Source of the DNA: an uncultured virus (IMG/VR IMGVR_UViG_3300028888_000091)
Taxonomy: Duplodnaviria; Heunggongvirae; Uroviricota; Caudoviricetes
Virus record (IMG/VR): IMGVR_UViG_3300028888_000091
Reading direction: 5' to 3' (one strand)
Length of the DNA stretch: 64,000 nt
Shown here: positions 39,520-49,700 of the stretch, in pieces
Numbering within the stretch: position 1 is the first letter of the stretch
Layout of the letters: each line of letters opens with the position of its first letter
Notes under the pieces: model-generated
Databases searched by the model: none
Seen by the model: the letters and a program-made list of their open reading frames with translations, nothing else
What the model was told of the DNA's origin: nothing
Program-made: the position numbers and the translations under genes

Positions 39520-40814
39520 TCTTCATCACCATAATAAAGTCTTATTGCTCCGGTTTCATCATCAGATTTAGGAACAAGTTCAATACTGGTTATACAATCA
39601 CCAATATTTTGTTTTCCTGCAATATTTGTCTTCATAGTACCGATTGTAGTATTTATTGCAGAATCAACATCGGCTTGTGAACCAGACCCATCATAACCAA
39701 TATTAGAATAAGAAATTTGTGCTCTTACAAATCCAAAAGGTAATATAGAGTTATACACAATCTCATTACTTCTATTCAATACTAAAATACCATTCATACT
39801 TGAACCGGTTAATCTTTGGGTTAATGTTCCATCATTATTAATATATCCATGATTATGACTTGCATTTGCGAAACTACTTGGTGTACTACTGCTAAATGGA
39901 TTATTCAAGACATCAGACCAGTCTATACTCAATTCATCAAGAATATCAGTATCCATCTTCTCCCAAGAGTAAGTCGCAGATGAACCAGTTCCACTTTGCT
40001 TAACATAATATACATTTACTTTTGAATTTTCTGAAACAATGAATAATTTCCCTAATTTATCGGCACTTGCAGTTCCTTTGTCAGAAACTACTTCAATTGC
40101 TCTAATATTACTTAAATCACCAATAGCAGTATCAATTGCTTTGTTTATTTCTGATTGAGTATCATCTTCAGGAGTAAATGAAGAGTAAGTATTACCATCA
40201 ATTATTTGTGTTGTTGTATGTGAATGTGTTGAATTTGCTTTTCCATTCAAAGCAGATTGAATAACTTTGTTCTGTACTGGATTAGTTGAACTTGAAGATA
40301 ATGCACTATCCACAACAGTCTTATTCGCCTCTGCCTCAATATTCGCCAATTTAGACTTCTCTGCACTTGTATAATCCTCTGTACTCAAACCTTTACCAGT
40401 AACCTTATCAACTTTATTATCTAAATTTGTTTGCAAATTAGTAATATTTGAGATAGGATGATTATGTGATGGTAAATCACTTGCATCAACATTAGCAGTA
40501 CCAGTAATATGACCTTGTGCATCATACTTAAATTTCTTAAAAACATTAGAAGTTTGTGCAGTAATACTATTACTATGATTTAAAGTAGTTCCACTTTTGG
40601 ATAAACCAGTTCCCGCAGTATCAATTTTCCCACTAACATCGGGAATAGTTGGTTTTGCCTCTGTGGTAATATTCCCACTACTATCAGTCACCACATTCAT
40701 ATTTGCATTGGTTAAATTTTTATTTGCTTTTGCATTAAGATAAGTATTAACTTCTTCTTTTCTATAAAACCAACCATTTAACCAATCAATAATTCCTTTT
40801 AAATCAACACTCAT
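39516..40814 (-). CDS. Tail fibre protein
   Basis: KVTGKGLSTEDYT, VDSALSSSSTNPVQNKVI, HxH motifs. Confidence 0.8.
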   Translation of the reverse strand: MSVDLKGIIDWLNGWFYRKEEVNTYLNAKANKNLTNANMNVVTDSSGNITTEAKPTIPDVSGKIDTAGTGLSKSGTTLNHSNSITAQTSNVFKKFKYDAQGHITGTANVDASDLPSHNHPISNITNLQTNLDNKVDKVTGKGLSTEDYTSAEKSKLANIEAEANKTVVDSALSSSSTNPVQNKVIQSALNGKANSTHSHTTTQIIDGNTYSSFTPEDDTQSEINKAIDTAIGDLSNIRAIEVVSDKGTASADKLGKLFIVSENSKVNVYYVKQSGTGSSATYSWEKMDTDILDELSIDWSDVLNNPFSSSTPSSFANASHNHGYINNDGTLTQRLTGSSMNGILVLNRSNEIVYNSILPFGFVRAQISYSNIGYDGSGSQADVDSAINTTIGTMKTNIAGKQNIGDCITSIELVPKSDDETGAIRLYYGDEE

Positions 40815-40824
40815 GATAATCTTT

Positions 40825-41022
40825 TTATGCTCCTAACTTTGTGAAAATTAAACTAATTAATATATAAAATAATATTACAAATGCCCACCAATTTATTCCA
40901 GTAAATCCAAAATAATTTGCAAATGCTATTCCTACAATAATTGTTACAATTATTGGTAATAATAATCCTACAAGTATTAATAATACTATACCAGTTGCTC
41001 CTAATTCTATTAAACCCATCAT
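40825..41022 (-). CDS. Small membrane protein
   Basis: Two hydrophobic helices. Confidence 0.6.
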   Translation of the reverse strand: MMGLIELGATGIVLLILVGLLLPIIVTIIVGIAFANYFGFTGINWWAFVILFYILISLIFTKLGA

Positions 41023-41044
41023 TATATTATCCTTAAATTTTTAT

Positions 41045-41824
41045 TTATATTTTCTTTGCCCAAATTTCTTTTGTAGTATTTGTTTTTTTAACAATTGAAG
41101 TATTTATAGTAATTGTACTATCAAACCCACTTAATCCAAAATTCATATCTAAATCAACTTCATATTCTGATAAATCAACATTTCCACTTGATGAATTATT
41201 GTTTGAAGTTTTTATCAATTCTTTCAAAGAATTTGTGATAATATTTGTTTCATTTTTATCATAATAATTATCTAATTTCGGTTCATTATATGGCAACCCA
41301 TTTATAAACAACATAGGTGTCATTATATTAATTCTTTCATCATCAATACCTATACTGCTTGAACCACTCTTTAATAATATTTCACCATCTTCACTACTTG
41401 ACTTTAAATCACCATTGTCATGTATATTAACATAACTAATTACAATATTTTCATCATCAAGATTATTCCACCTAACCTTAATCACAATACCATAAAGGTC
41501 ATCATAAGGAACAATATATTTTTTACCTTTAAACATATCTTCATCAATCTTTTCAGAACCTTTTGGTAAGTAATCAATACTCATATTACTCCCCATAATT
41601 TCATGAGATAATCTTGCAAAAGTATTATTACCAGTATTTAATATTTTTACATAAACTTTATCCTCATAATTATAAATCCTTAATATTTTACACAAAAATA
41701 CATTACTTTCATTATGTACTTTTTCAATTTGTGCATTTAATTGTGGATTTTGAGCAATAATATTGTTCATGATAGTATCAACTTCATTCTCTCCAATATG
41801 AGAATCCAACACTTTTCTACTCAT
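41045..41824 (-). CDS. Baseplate spike (gpV/gp45-like) candidate
   Basis: OB-fold-like N-terminus, GEILLKSG.SSI.ID..INI beta repeats; follows the hub. Confidence 0.55.
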   Translation of the reverse strand: MSRKVLDSHIGENEVDTIMNNIIAQNPQLNAQIEKVHNESNVFLCKILRIYNYEDKVYVKILNTGNNTFARLSHEIMGSNMSIDYLPKGSEKIDEDMFKGKKYIVPYDDLYGIVIKVRWNNLDDENIVISYVNIHDNGDLKSSSEDGEILLKSGSSSIGIDDERINIMTPMLFINGLPYNEPKLDNYYDKNETNIITNSLKELIKTSNNNSSSGNVDLSEYEVDLDMNFGLSGFDSTITINTSIVKKTNTTKEIWAKKI

Positions 41825-41848
41825 ATTTTATCACCCTTTTTTCTCAAT

Positions 41849-43234
41849 TTAATTTGAATTATTTCCAGTATTTGAAGAATCTGAATTTCCACTATCAGAA
41901 TTATTATCATTATTATCAGAATTAGTATCTGAATTACTATCAGTAGAATTAGTATCTGAACTTGATGAATCAGTATCAGAACCTTCCTCTTGTTCTTCTT
42001 GTTTCTTCTTATCCGGTTTACCAAGACTTGGAGGATAATCAACTAATGTTAAACTATTAATATACTCACTATCTCCACCACTCTCAAAACTACACTTACT
42101 AATGAACATATAACTATCTTCATTAAATGATGGTAATCTTACATGACACCATTCACCCATTTGCCAATTATTATTACCAATAACTTTCAACTCAATAGTA
42201 TGACCATCTTCTCTCTTCGCCTTACCAACTTCAGTCATACCAAAACGAATCGCTTCTTCCCTATCAGTAATTGGAACTTCTTCTGTTTTTGGTGCATTCT
42301 CACTATCACCAGTTCCAGTTGCCTCATCAGTAAGACCAGTACCATTAGCACCAGTAGTATCAACATTTTCAAGATTATCTGTATTGGCAAAAATACTATT
42401 TGCTATACTACTATTATCATCTTCATTCTTATCCTTATCATTTGAATCAGAATTATTATCAGAATTAGTACCAGTAGAAGAGTTAGAATCCTCATTAGAC
42501 TCACCATTCTCATCAGATGATTCTTTATCATCAACTACTTGATATTTCTTTGCCTCAATAACAACTTTCCTTTCACCAAACATATTCTTATGTTTGTTAA
42601 AAGTAAACTCTAATTCATTTTCAAAAGATTCACCCCATTTAATAATAAAAGTATTATAAATCTCCGGTGTATAATCAGTTATACTAACAGAATCATCAAC
42701 AACATTAATTCCTTCATAAGCCCATAATTCTGCACTTTGAGGCATTTCAATTCTTTTAACAACAACAAAATCACCTCTTTGCACCATCATTGCTTGACCA
42801 TCTAATGGTTTAAGCAAATCACATAATCCTTCCCAACCGGACATATAAGTAGTTTCTCCCTCATCAGTAGTAGATGCTTCTTCATCCTCATCTTCTTCAT
42901 TACTAATATCATTAGGATTAACAGTAGTCAAACTTGCCCTATAACTATCTTGCAAATCATAACCATCTTGACCACAAAACTCTTCCCCACAATCCTTACA
43001 CACAACTTTACTTGCTTGGGTAGGTGTATTAATCAATACATTTTCATCATCAACTTTCTCTTTTTCACTATGATGGTCAATTTCAACATTATCAGTTGTT
43101 TCAACAACTAATTTTCCTTCAACTCCACAAGCCGGACATTTGTTCTCAAAATAATTTGGTTGGGCATTTGCACTATCACCATTACCACAAGTACAAACAG
43201 TATTTGTAGAAACTACATTACTTTTAGAAACCAT
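41849..43234 (-). CDS. Baseplate hub C-terminal part with N-terminal Zn-binding domain
   Basis: CTC, CPAC, CKDC..FC; EGINV, YNTF, FGER, LKVIG..GEW..FISK typical of XkdQ/Mu gp44-like hub C-half. Confidence 0.65.
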   Translation of the reverse strand: MVSKSNVVSTNTVCTCGNGDSANAQPNYFENKCPACGVEGKLVVETTDNVEIDHHSEKEKVDDENVLINTPTQASKVVCKDCGEEFCGQDGYDLQDSYRASLTTVNPNDISNEEDEDEEASTTDEGETTYMSGWEGLCDLLKPLDGQAMMVQRGDFVVVKRIEMPQSAELWAYEGINVVDDSVSITDYTPEIYNTFIIKWGESFENELEFTFNKHKNMFGERKVVIEAKKYQVVDDKESSDENGESNEDSNSSTGTNSDNNSDSNDKDKNEDDNSSIANSIFANTDNLENVDTTGANGTGLTDEATGTGDSENAPKTEEVPITDREEAIRFGMTEVGKAKREDGHTIELKVIGNNNWQMGEWCHVRLPSFNEDSYMFISKCSFESGGDSEYINSLTLVDYPPSLGKPDKKKQEEQEEGSDTDSSSSDTNSTDSNSDTNSDNNDNNSDSGNSDSSNTGNNSN

Positions 43235-43240
43235 ATTTAT

Positions 43241-43546
43241 TTATAATCCCCAATTCCATTGTTTTTCCCAATCAAATTCACCTAATAAAGTATAAGTACC
43301 CGCACCAAAACTATAAGTATTTGTATCATAGTAAACTTTATTATCAATCACATACTGTTTACCATAAGTAACTGGTTCTACTTTTTCATTAAAATACAAA
43401 ACATAAAAAGAACAACGATACTGGAAAATATTTTTTTCAACTTCTTCTTCACGATTAATTATAGTATCCCAATCATTCAATTTCCAATATTTTATAGGAA
43501 TATAATATTTTAAAGCAGTTAATATATTCTTTTTAGTTTTCTCCAT
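43241..43546 (-). CDS. Hypothetical protein inside the hub cluster
   Basis: Tightly packed ORF with GGAG SD. Confidence 0.6.
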   Translation of the reverse strand: MEKTKKNILTALKYYIPIKYWKLNDWDTIINREEEVEKNIFQYRCSFYVLYFNEKVEPVTYGKQYVIDNKVYYDTNTYSFGAGTYTLLGEFDWEKQWNWGL

Positions 43547-43549
43547 AAT

Positions 43550-44395
43550 TTAACTCCTATTACCATACCAGTCATTTCTATATTCCGGTATTTTACCATC
43601 TGCACTTGGAGGTTCTCTTGAAGTTTTATAATCACCACTTCTCATTCCACCAGTAACTCCTAATCCACTATCCATACCACTATATTCAGATGGAAAATCC
43701 CAATCACCACTTTTTTTAGTTTGAATTACATGGTGAGTTCCACTTTGACCAGTACCCGCTCCAACAATATCTCTTGCCGGTACACCAACTTTAAAATTCA
43801 ATACATAATATAACCAAGCAGTAGCATCATAACAATCTGCACTATGCCCTTTTTTAGTACCCATAGTTTTCCATGCAAGTTCGGGGTCATGGTCAGACCC
43901 CCATCCACCATATGGCCATGTTTGAGCAATTTCCCAACATTCTTCCCATGTCATACTACCATCACCAGTCATATTACCTCCTCCACCAGTATTAGATGAT
44001 GAAGAATTAGATGTACTATTATTCCAACTTATAGTATCATCCGGTAATCCAGTAAAATCTACAATAGGAACAAGACCATAAGATTTAATCACTTCCTCAA
44101 TCACTTGACTTCTTGGCATATTCTGAAAACCTAATTCAATCTTATTATCTTCAAGACAATAACCCCAATCTTTGATTTCCACTTCTGTACCTTTTTGGTC
44201 ATGAGTAACTTCTGTAATAAATCCATATACAGTATCATCTCTTGCATATCGTGTATGAGGTTCAACTGGTTCAACTGGAATCTCATTTATAGTAATACCA
44301 TATTTAGCAACTGCTTCTTTATTAATATTTTTATTAGCATCAGTTGATGTATTATTACTATCAGTATTATTATTTGTATTATTATCAGTAGGCAT
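43550..44395 (-). CDS. Baseplate hub middle part fused to a transglutaminase-like/papain-like peptidase (putative exolysin)
   Basis: YGFITEV..IKDWG..F.N..RSQVIEEVIKSYGL; ADCYD, HH, DF candidate Cys-His-Asp triad. Confidence 0.65.
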   Translation of the reverse strand: MPTDNNTNNNTDSNNTSTDANKNINKEAVAKYGITINEIPVEPVEPHTRYARDDTVYGFITEVTHDQKGTEVEIKDWGYCLEDNKIELGFQNMPRSQVIEEVIKSYGLVPIVDFTGLPDDTISWNNSTSNSSSSNTGGGGNMTGDGSMTWEECWEIAQTWPYGGWGSDHDPELAWKTMGTKKGHSADCYDATAWLYYVLNFKVGVPARDIVGAGTGQSGTHHVIQTKKSGDWDFPSEYSGMDSGLGVTGGMRSGDYKTSREPPSADGKIPEYRNDWYGNRS

Positions 44396-44398
44396 AAC

Positions 44399-45595
44399 TT
44401 ACCAGTATAATCCTAATCCTCTTCTTCTCAATCTCTTAATTGTTTGTGTATCATATACACTTGTCTGTTTTGCCATATTCTTTGCTTGTGATGGTGATAA
44501 AGAATTAATATAACTACCACTCAATGACTTTCTACCACTACTTGATGAAGACCTACTTGTAGTGCCAGTCCTACCACTATGTTTATTACTCCTATTAACT
44601 GGTGAACTACTACTTGAACTACTTGAAGAACTACTACTTGAACTACTTGAACTACTTGAAGAACTATCACTTGAACTACTTGTATCACCAATTTCTGATG
44701 AATCAGTAATTATCTTCATACCACCATTCCTCTGTTTACGATAATTCGGCAAACCCAATTCTTTCAACAACTCATCAGTTGGAATATGTTCTTTAAAGAA
44801 AATTTCACTTTCTTCATAATTAGGTTCTTCAACACCAGTAGCACTCCATTCGGCATCACAACTCCTTCTCAACTTCAACTTCATTGCAACACCTTTATAT
44901 AAATACTTATAATCTTTTCCTCTAAATACTAATTCAACATTCCCACTACCAGTAGGAGAATCATAAGACTTATCAAAACTAATAGAAGCAATTTCCATAT
45001 AAGGTTTTATCTGCATAATATTTCCCTTATGTGGAGTAAAATTATCTTTATCATCCCATTCTTGTTCATCATCTTCTTTATTCTCATCACCTTGATTACC
45101 ATTAGATGATAAAGGACTACCACTAATAGCACTTAAAAGATTAGTAACTGCTTCTTTAGAATTACCGGCATAAACACACCGACATCTATCTTTTGCTATT
45201 TGATTAATCTCTGCATAAGTTTTACCTTGCCACTTATCACATAACTTACCAACACAATCTCCATGATGGTCTTTTGGAATACCTTTTGTATCAAAATCAT
45301 TTTGTGATTTGATTAATCCACTAATATCACCACGAATAACAAAATAATGATAATCAAAACCCGGTCTTGCAGAATACCCATCAGTAACTGACACCAAACT
45401 TGCCGCCATCAAATATATACCAATTTTACCTTTTGGATTTTTACCATTTTTTGCATAATCATAATTTGCAAAATAACCCGGCCCAATACTTAATTTTTCA
45501 ACTTGATGACCGGCATCCTCTAAACCTTTTGCAACTTCATTTTGATAACTGGCATCAGAACCATTACTATCACAACCAAGAACTATTGAAGCCAT
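44399..45595 (-). CDS. Baseplate hub N-proximal part with N-terminal alpha/beta cargo domain
   Basis: IASISFDKSYD..G.G.VEL..YKGV.MKL hub-like strands; Ser-rich tail. Confidence 0.55.
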   Translation of the reverse strand: MASIVLGCDSNGSDASYQNEVAKGLEDAGHQVEKLSIGPGYFANYDYAKNGKNPKGKIGIYLMAASLVSVTDGYSARPGFDYHYFVIRGDISGLIKSQNDFDTKGIPKDHHGDCVGKLCDKWQGKTYAEINQIAKDRCRCVYAGNSKEAVTNLLSAISGSPLSSNGNQGDENKEDDEQEWDDKDNFTPHKGNIMQIKPYMEIASISFDKSYDSPTGSGNVELVFRGKDYKYLYKGVAMKLKLRRSCDAEWSATGVEEPNYEESEIFFKEHIPTDELLKELGLPNYRKQRNGGMKIITDSSEIGDTSSSSDSSSSSSSSSSSSSSSSSSSSSPVNRSNKHSGRTGTTSRSSSSSGRKSLSGSYINSLSPSQAKNMAKQTSVYDTQTIKRLRRRGLGLYW

Positions 45596-45644
45596 AAAAA
45601 ATCATTAAACCTCCAAAAAAACATTAAAATATATCTAAAATAAA

Positions 45645-45715
45645 TGGGTAGTATGGGATTTGAACCCATAAAAAAATTGTAACATGATGTCTTTTTTCTC
45701 CTCTTCTGACTACCC
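45645..45715 (-). ncRNA. tRNA-like element (acceptor stem plus canonical T arm; no D stem, no valid anticodon arm)
   Basis: GGGUAGU...AUGGG-UUCAAAU-CCCAU-ACUACCC-A; perfect 7-bp and 5-bp stems; intergenic. Confidence 0.75.
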
Positions 45716-45736
45716 AATATGAAAAAATAAAAAAAT

Positions 45737-46120
45737 TTATGAATCACCATTGTTAGATGATGAATCATTATTACTATTACTATTATCATCAGAATTACTA
45801 TTACTATCACTATTATTAGTATCAGTATCTGATGAATTACTATCACTACTTGTATCAGTACCAGTATCAGAACTACTATCATCTGATGAAGAAGAAGCAC
45901 CAACATTATAAGGACTTATATACGGAATATACTCTAACTCATTCGTGCGATATACTTCCATATATGGTATAGTAATAGGTGCATTAGATGGAACTAATTC
46001 TTCAATCTTAAAAATCTTAACATCTTCTGCATCAACTTCAACTTCACCAGTAATATTTTTACCAGTAGTATCAGAAGTAGTATTATTTACATTAAAAGAT
46101 GAATCATTTGTTTCAGTCAT
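45737..46120 (-). CDS. Small Ser/Asp/Asn-rich protein, possible first fragment of the hub
   Basis: IPYMEVYRT strand followed by a low-complexity linker. Confidence 0.55.
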   Translation of the reverse strand: MTETNDSSFNVNNTTSDTTGKNITGEVEVDAEDVKIFKIEELVPSNAPITIPYMEVYRTNELEYIPYISPYNVGASSSSDDSSSDTGTDTSSDSNSSDTDTNNSDSNSNSDDNSNSNNDSSSNNGDS

Positions 46121-46123
46121 AAT

Positions 46124-46744
46124 CTAACCCGAAGTTCCCGGCAAATTAGAATGAGAGCCGGGTGTATAATCATCATAAAGTTCTTTCCTCTTTTTAACTT
46201 CTTTCTTATCGTTAGTTTTCCTTTCTTTCACATTAACATCACTAATAGTATTGATACTTGGATATTTAATGACTGGGTCACCTTTCAATCTTGCCATTGC
46301 CTTCGGTATTTCTTTAATAGTAACCTTACATTCAATCACATGAGGACTTGTTTCCGGATTAGTAACTTCAATAGTAACTTCTGCATTAAACATACCTCCT
46401 AAATAAGGAGATGTAACTCTACATATTTTATTTTCCATTAAAGAGAAAATATTCAAATAATCATCAAGATGAGATGGGTCAATATCAATAGTAGTATCAA
46501 AAGAAAATTCTTTTGGAATATATTGACCTCTTGTTACAAACTCACCACCACTCATGATTTTTGTTCTTACAAACTCACGATGACTAAATGATTCACTACC
46601 TTCAACTTGCTTTGGAAAAAATAAATATCCATCAATATCAATTCCAGTAGTATCATCATCTAATTCAAAATACTTATCTGCAATTGTAGGTAAAGAATGC
46701 TCTACATCAGTAGTTATTTTTGTATTATTATCTAACCAAGTCAT
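46124..46744 (-). CDS. Tail tube initiator / distal tail-like protein
   Basis: Directly after tape measure; EFSF, VTSPYLG, VTIKEI pattern. Confidence 0.55.
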   Translation of the reverse strand: MTWLDNNTKITTDVEHSLPTIADKYFELDDDTTGIDIDGYLFFPKQVEGSESFSHREFVRTKIMSGGEFVTRGQYIPKEFSFDTTIDIDPSHLDDYLNIFSLMENKICRVTSPYLGGMFNAEVTIEVTNPETSPHVIECKVTIKEIPKAMARLKGDPVIKYPSINTISDVNVKERKTNDKKEVKKRKELYDDYTPGSHSNLPGTSG

Positions 46745-46745
46745 A

Positions 46746-49700
46746 TTATCTTAAAATACCATGTTTTCCAACAGTTCTATTATATCCGAATGCACCAACA
46801 AACATCTTCTTCGCTTCTTTTTTAGTCATATTTCTTGCATCAATAGGCATACTACCTTCACTAAAATTCTGATTAATAACTACTTGTCTTTGATTATTTG
46901 TATTATTATATGTTCTACCTAAATTACGAACATTATTAACATTTCTTGTAATATCTGAATTACCAATAGATTTCCTTATATTACCATTATATTTATTTTT
47001 ATTAGAATCAGATTTATCATCTTCTTTATCCCATCCAAGTAATTTACCAATAAAACTATTTTTAATTACTTTTGAAGTGGTAGTCACTAATGCAGAAATC
47101 CTTTCAATAATATTCAATACAACTCCAAGTGGGCCGGAAAAGATTTGACCAACAGAACTGAATAATTTTATTATACCTTGAATTGCAGAACTAATTGCAT
47201 TTACAATGAATAATATTGATTCACCTACACCAGTTCCAACAAGACTAAATAACCATATTACTGCATCTATAACTTGTCGCAATGAATCATAAATGAATCT
47301 TAAAGGTGCTATAAATGATTCCCAAATAACATCTATTCCACCTAAAAATTCTGATGCTCCTTTAAGTAAACTAACAATACCACCAATAACATACAATACT
47401 ACTCTTATTGGTGTTAAAATCGCTCTAATCACAGTAGCAATAATCCTAATAATTGGAAGAACAACAACACGAATAACAGTTGCAATACCTTTCAATAATT
47501 CTACAATAAGATTAATTCTATCTTCAGTACCTCTACCATTTGGGTCACTTCCTCCACCAAACAATTCTCCAAACATTTGCATAATCTCATCAATGAGAGA
47601 TGCAATTTCTTGGAATGGTGCTTGTAATTCTTCCCAAACTTCACCAAGACCTTCCATTAATTCTTGGAATTCAGTAGTTCCAGTAAATCTATCAATAGCA
47701 TCGGCAATATCTTCAAATAATGAACCAATTTCATCTAAATGGAACATTATAATTCCTAATGGATTTAACCAAGTGATAAATCCTAATGGGGAATCTGCCC
47801 AATCATTAATTAAATCCCAAACCCATTTGATAGTATCTCCAAGAGTACCGAACAAGTCAATGATTGTTTGAACAATATCAAAAGTACCAGTATTACTATT
47901 ATCCCAACCGAATAACATACTTAATGCATTATTTATACTGTCAAATACATACTGAATACTTGTAACAAAGTTTTGGAAGTAAGCAATAATGCCTTGAATA
48001 ACATCAGAACCCATGAAAGCATTCCATAATCTACTAATACCATTACTAATACTTTCAATCAGACTTCCAAAGTCTTTCCACCAACCTAATGCTTCGCCAA
48101 CTTTTTCAAATGCAACAATTAATAAAAGAATTGCTCCAACAATAGCGAGAATTGCAATAAGTTCCGGTGCTAACATGGCATTTAATACACCAACTGCAGA
48201 TGCTAAACCTAATGTTGCTCCAATTTCACCTATTTTTGCATTAATATTCATTACACGAGCAATAGTATTAGCAAACACACTTTCTGTACTTAACCATTCT
48301 ACCACAGTATCAAGTACCTTTGCACCAGTTTCACTTAATGTAGTAATCAAACTTCTTAATTTTGCAATGGAATTAGTTGCTATTGCAACAGAATTGTTAT
48401 GTTTTGCAAGAGTATTAAGTTGTTCAGTTATTGCTTCACTTAATTTTGCATCAGTATTTCTCCATGTCCAAAATATGTCGGAAATGGTCATATATATTAC
48501 ATTACCAACTGCTATAACTTCTCCAACTTTTGCTCTAATCTTATTAAATATTGCAACAACCAATGCCCTATTAGTAACAATTTCTCCTTCTGCAACCACT
48601 ACTCCAAGTCTACGAGCAAGAGTATTTTTAATAGTAGCAACAGTTTCACCCCATGTGGCAAGAGTAATTTCACCTTTTAAATATTTTTCTCTTTCTTCCA
48701 AACTCATACTCATCATGAGTAAAGTATTAAATATTCCCCTTTGCTCATTATTCATACTCATTGCGAAACTTAATGCTTCCATACCTAATGTGATGGTTTC
48801 AATCATCCTAAATGATGAAGATAATATAATTAATCCACCACCAATAGTAGCAAATATACCAACAAGAATTGTTGCGAATACAATAATTAATTGACTTATT
48901 CTTCCACCAAATATTGTATCCATTGTATTATAAAATTTCATTAAAGGTTGAGTAACTGCAAGAATAACTTCACCTAAATCTGCAAATGCTTTTTGGAAAT
49001 GCCCTTTCAATTCTTCCAGTTGATTACTTGCAGATTCATATCCACTCATTCCATCAAACCCAGTATTTTTCAATGCTTTTTCTAATGCTTGGGTTCTTTC
49101 TAAAACAGTATTCCTATTTTTTAATAAATCAAGTTCACTTGCAATTACAGAGTTTCTCATTCCTCTTGTATCACCAGTAGTAATATACTTCCTCAAATCT
49201 TTTTGGGTTTCATAGGAATTTTCACCTTTCATAGTAGCAGACATATAATAATCAGTAATTGCCCTACCGGCACTTTCCAAATTATCAAGTTTAAGACTAC
49301 TATCCATAGCAGATGCCATGTTAAGAATATTAGTTAGAAAAGTATCATCACCCGGCAATTGAGTAACAATATCCATTATCTCATTATAATATGTGGTGGC
49401 TTGTTCTTTACCTTTTTGATGCATCAAATACATCATATTTTGTTGTCTTTGACTTGCACCCGCCCACATTTTTTCAATCATACCACTCAATCCGGCCGCT
49501 CCAAAAATACCGGCTACTTTAGTACTTAAATCATTAAATGTACCACCTACAACAACCATCATGTTGTTTAACTGGTGGAAAGAGGAATATGATGATTTAC
49601 CGGCATTTTGAGTTGCTTTTGAAAAGTTTGATGCACTTTTTGAAGCATTATCATAACTTTTACTTAAATCAACAAGAGGTTTACTTCCATATGTTCCTTC

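Noticed and set aside
33089..40814. Diversity-generating retroelement or invertible shufflon at the fibre locus
   Set aside because: No reverse transcriptase, no TR/VR pair differing at adenines, no inverted cassettes or adjacent invertase seen.
44600..44685. Tandem actacttga repeats
   Set aside because: They encode a poly-Ser linker; not a separate repeat element.
41821..45906. ILIV-rich alternative-frame ORFs (41821-42042, 45583-45906, 44562-44744)
   Set aside because: Shadow frames of Ser/Asp/Asn low-complexity linkers.
46137..46162. GC-rich hairpin CCCGGC/GCCGGG at the end of ORF 46124-46744
   Set aside because: Explained by two Pro-Gly codon pairs forced to CCGG-containing codons by motif avoidance; no other support.
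47293..48894. Long + strand ORFs opposite the tape measure gene (and similar ones opposite PCNA, protease and Ig genes)
   Set aside because: Antisense shadows of real genes; no SD, promoter or motif.
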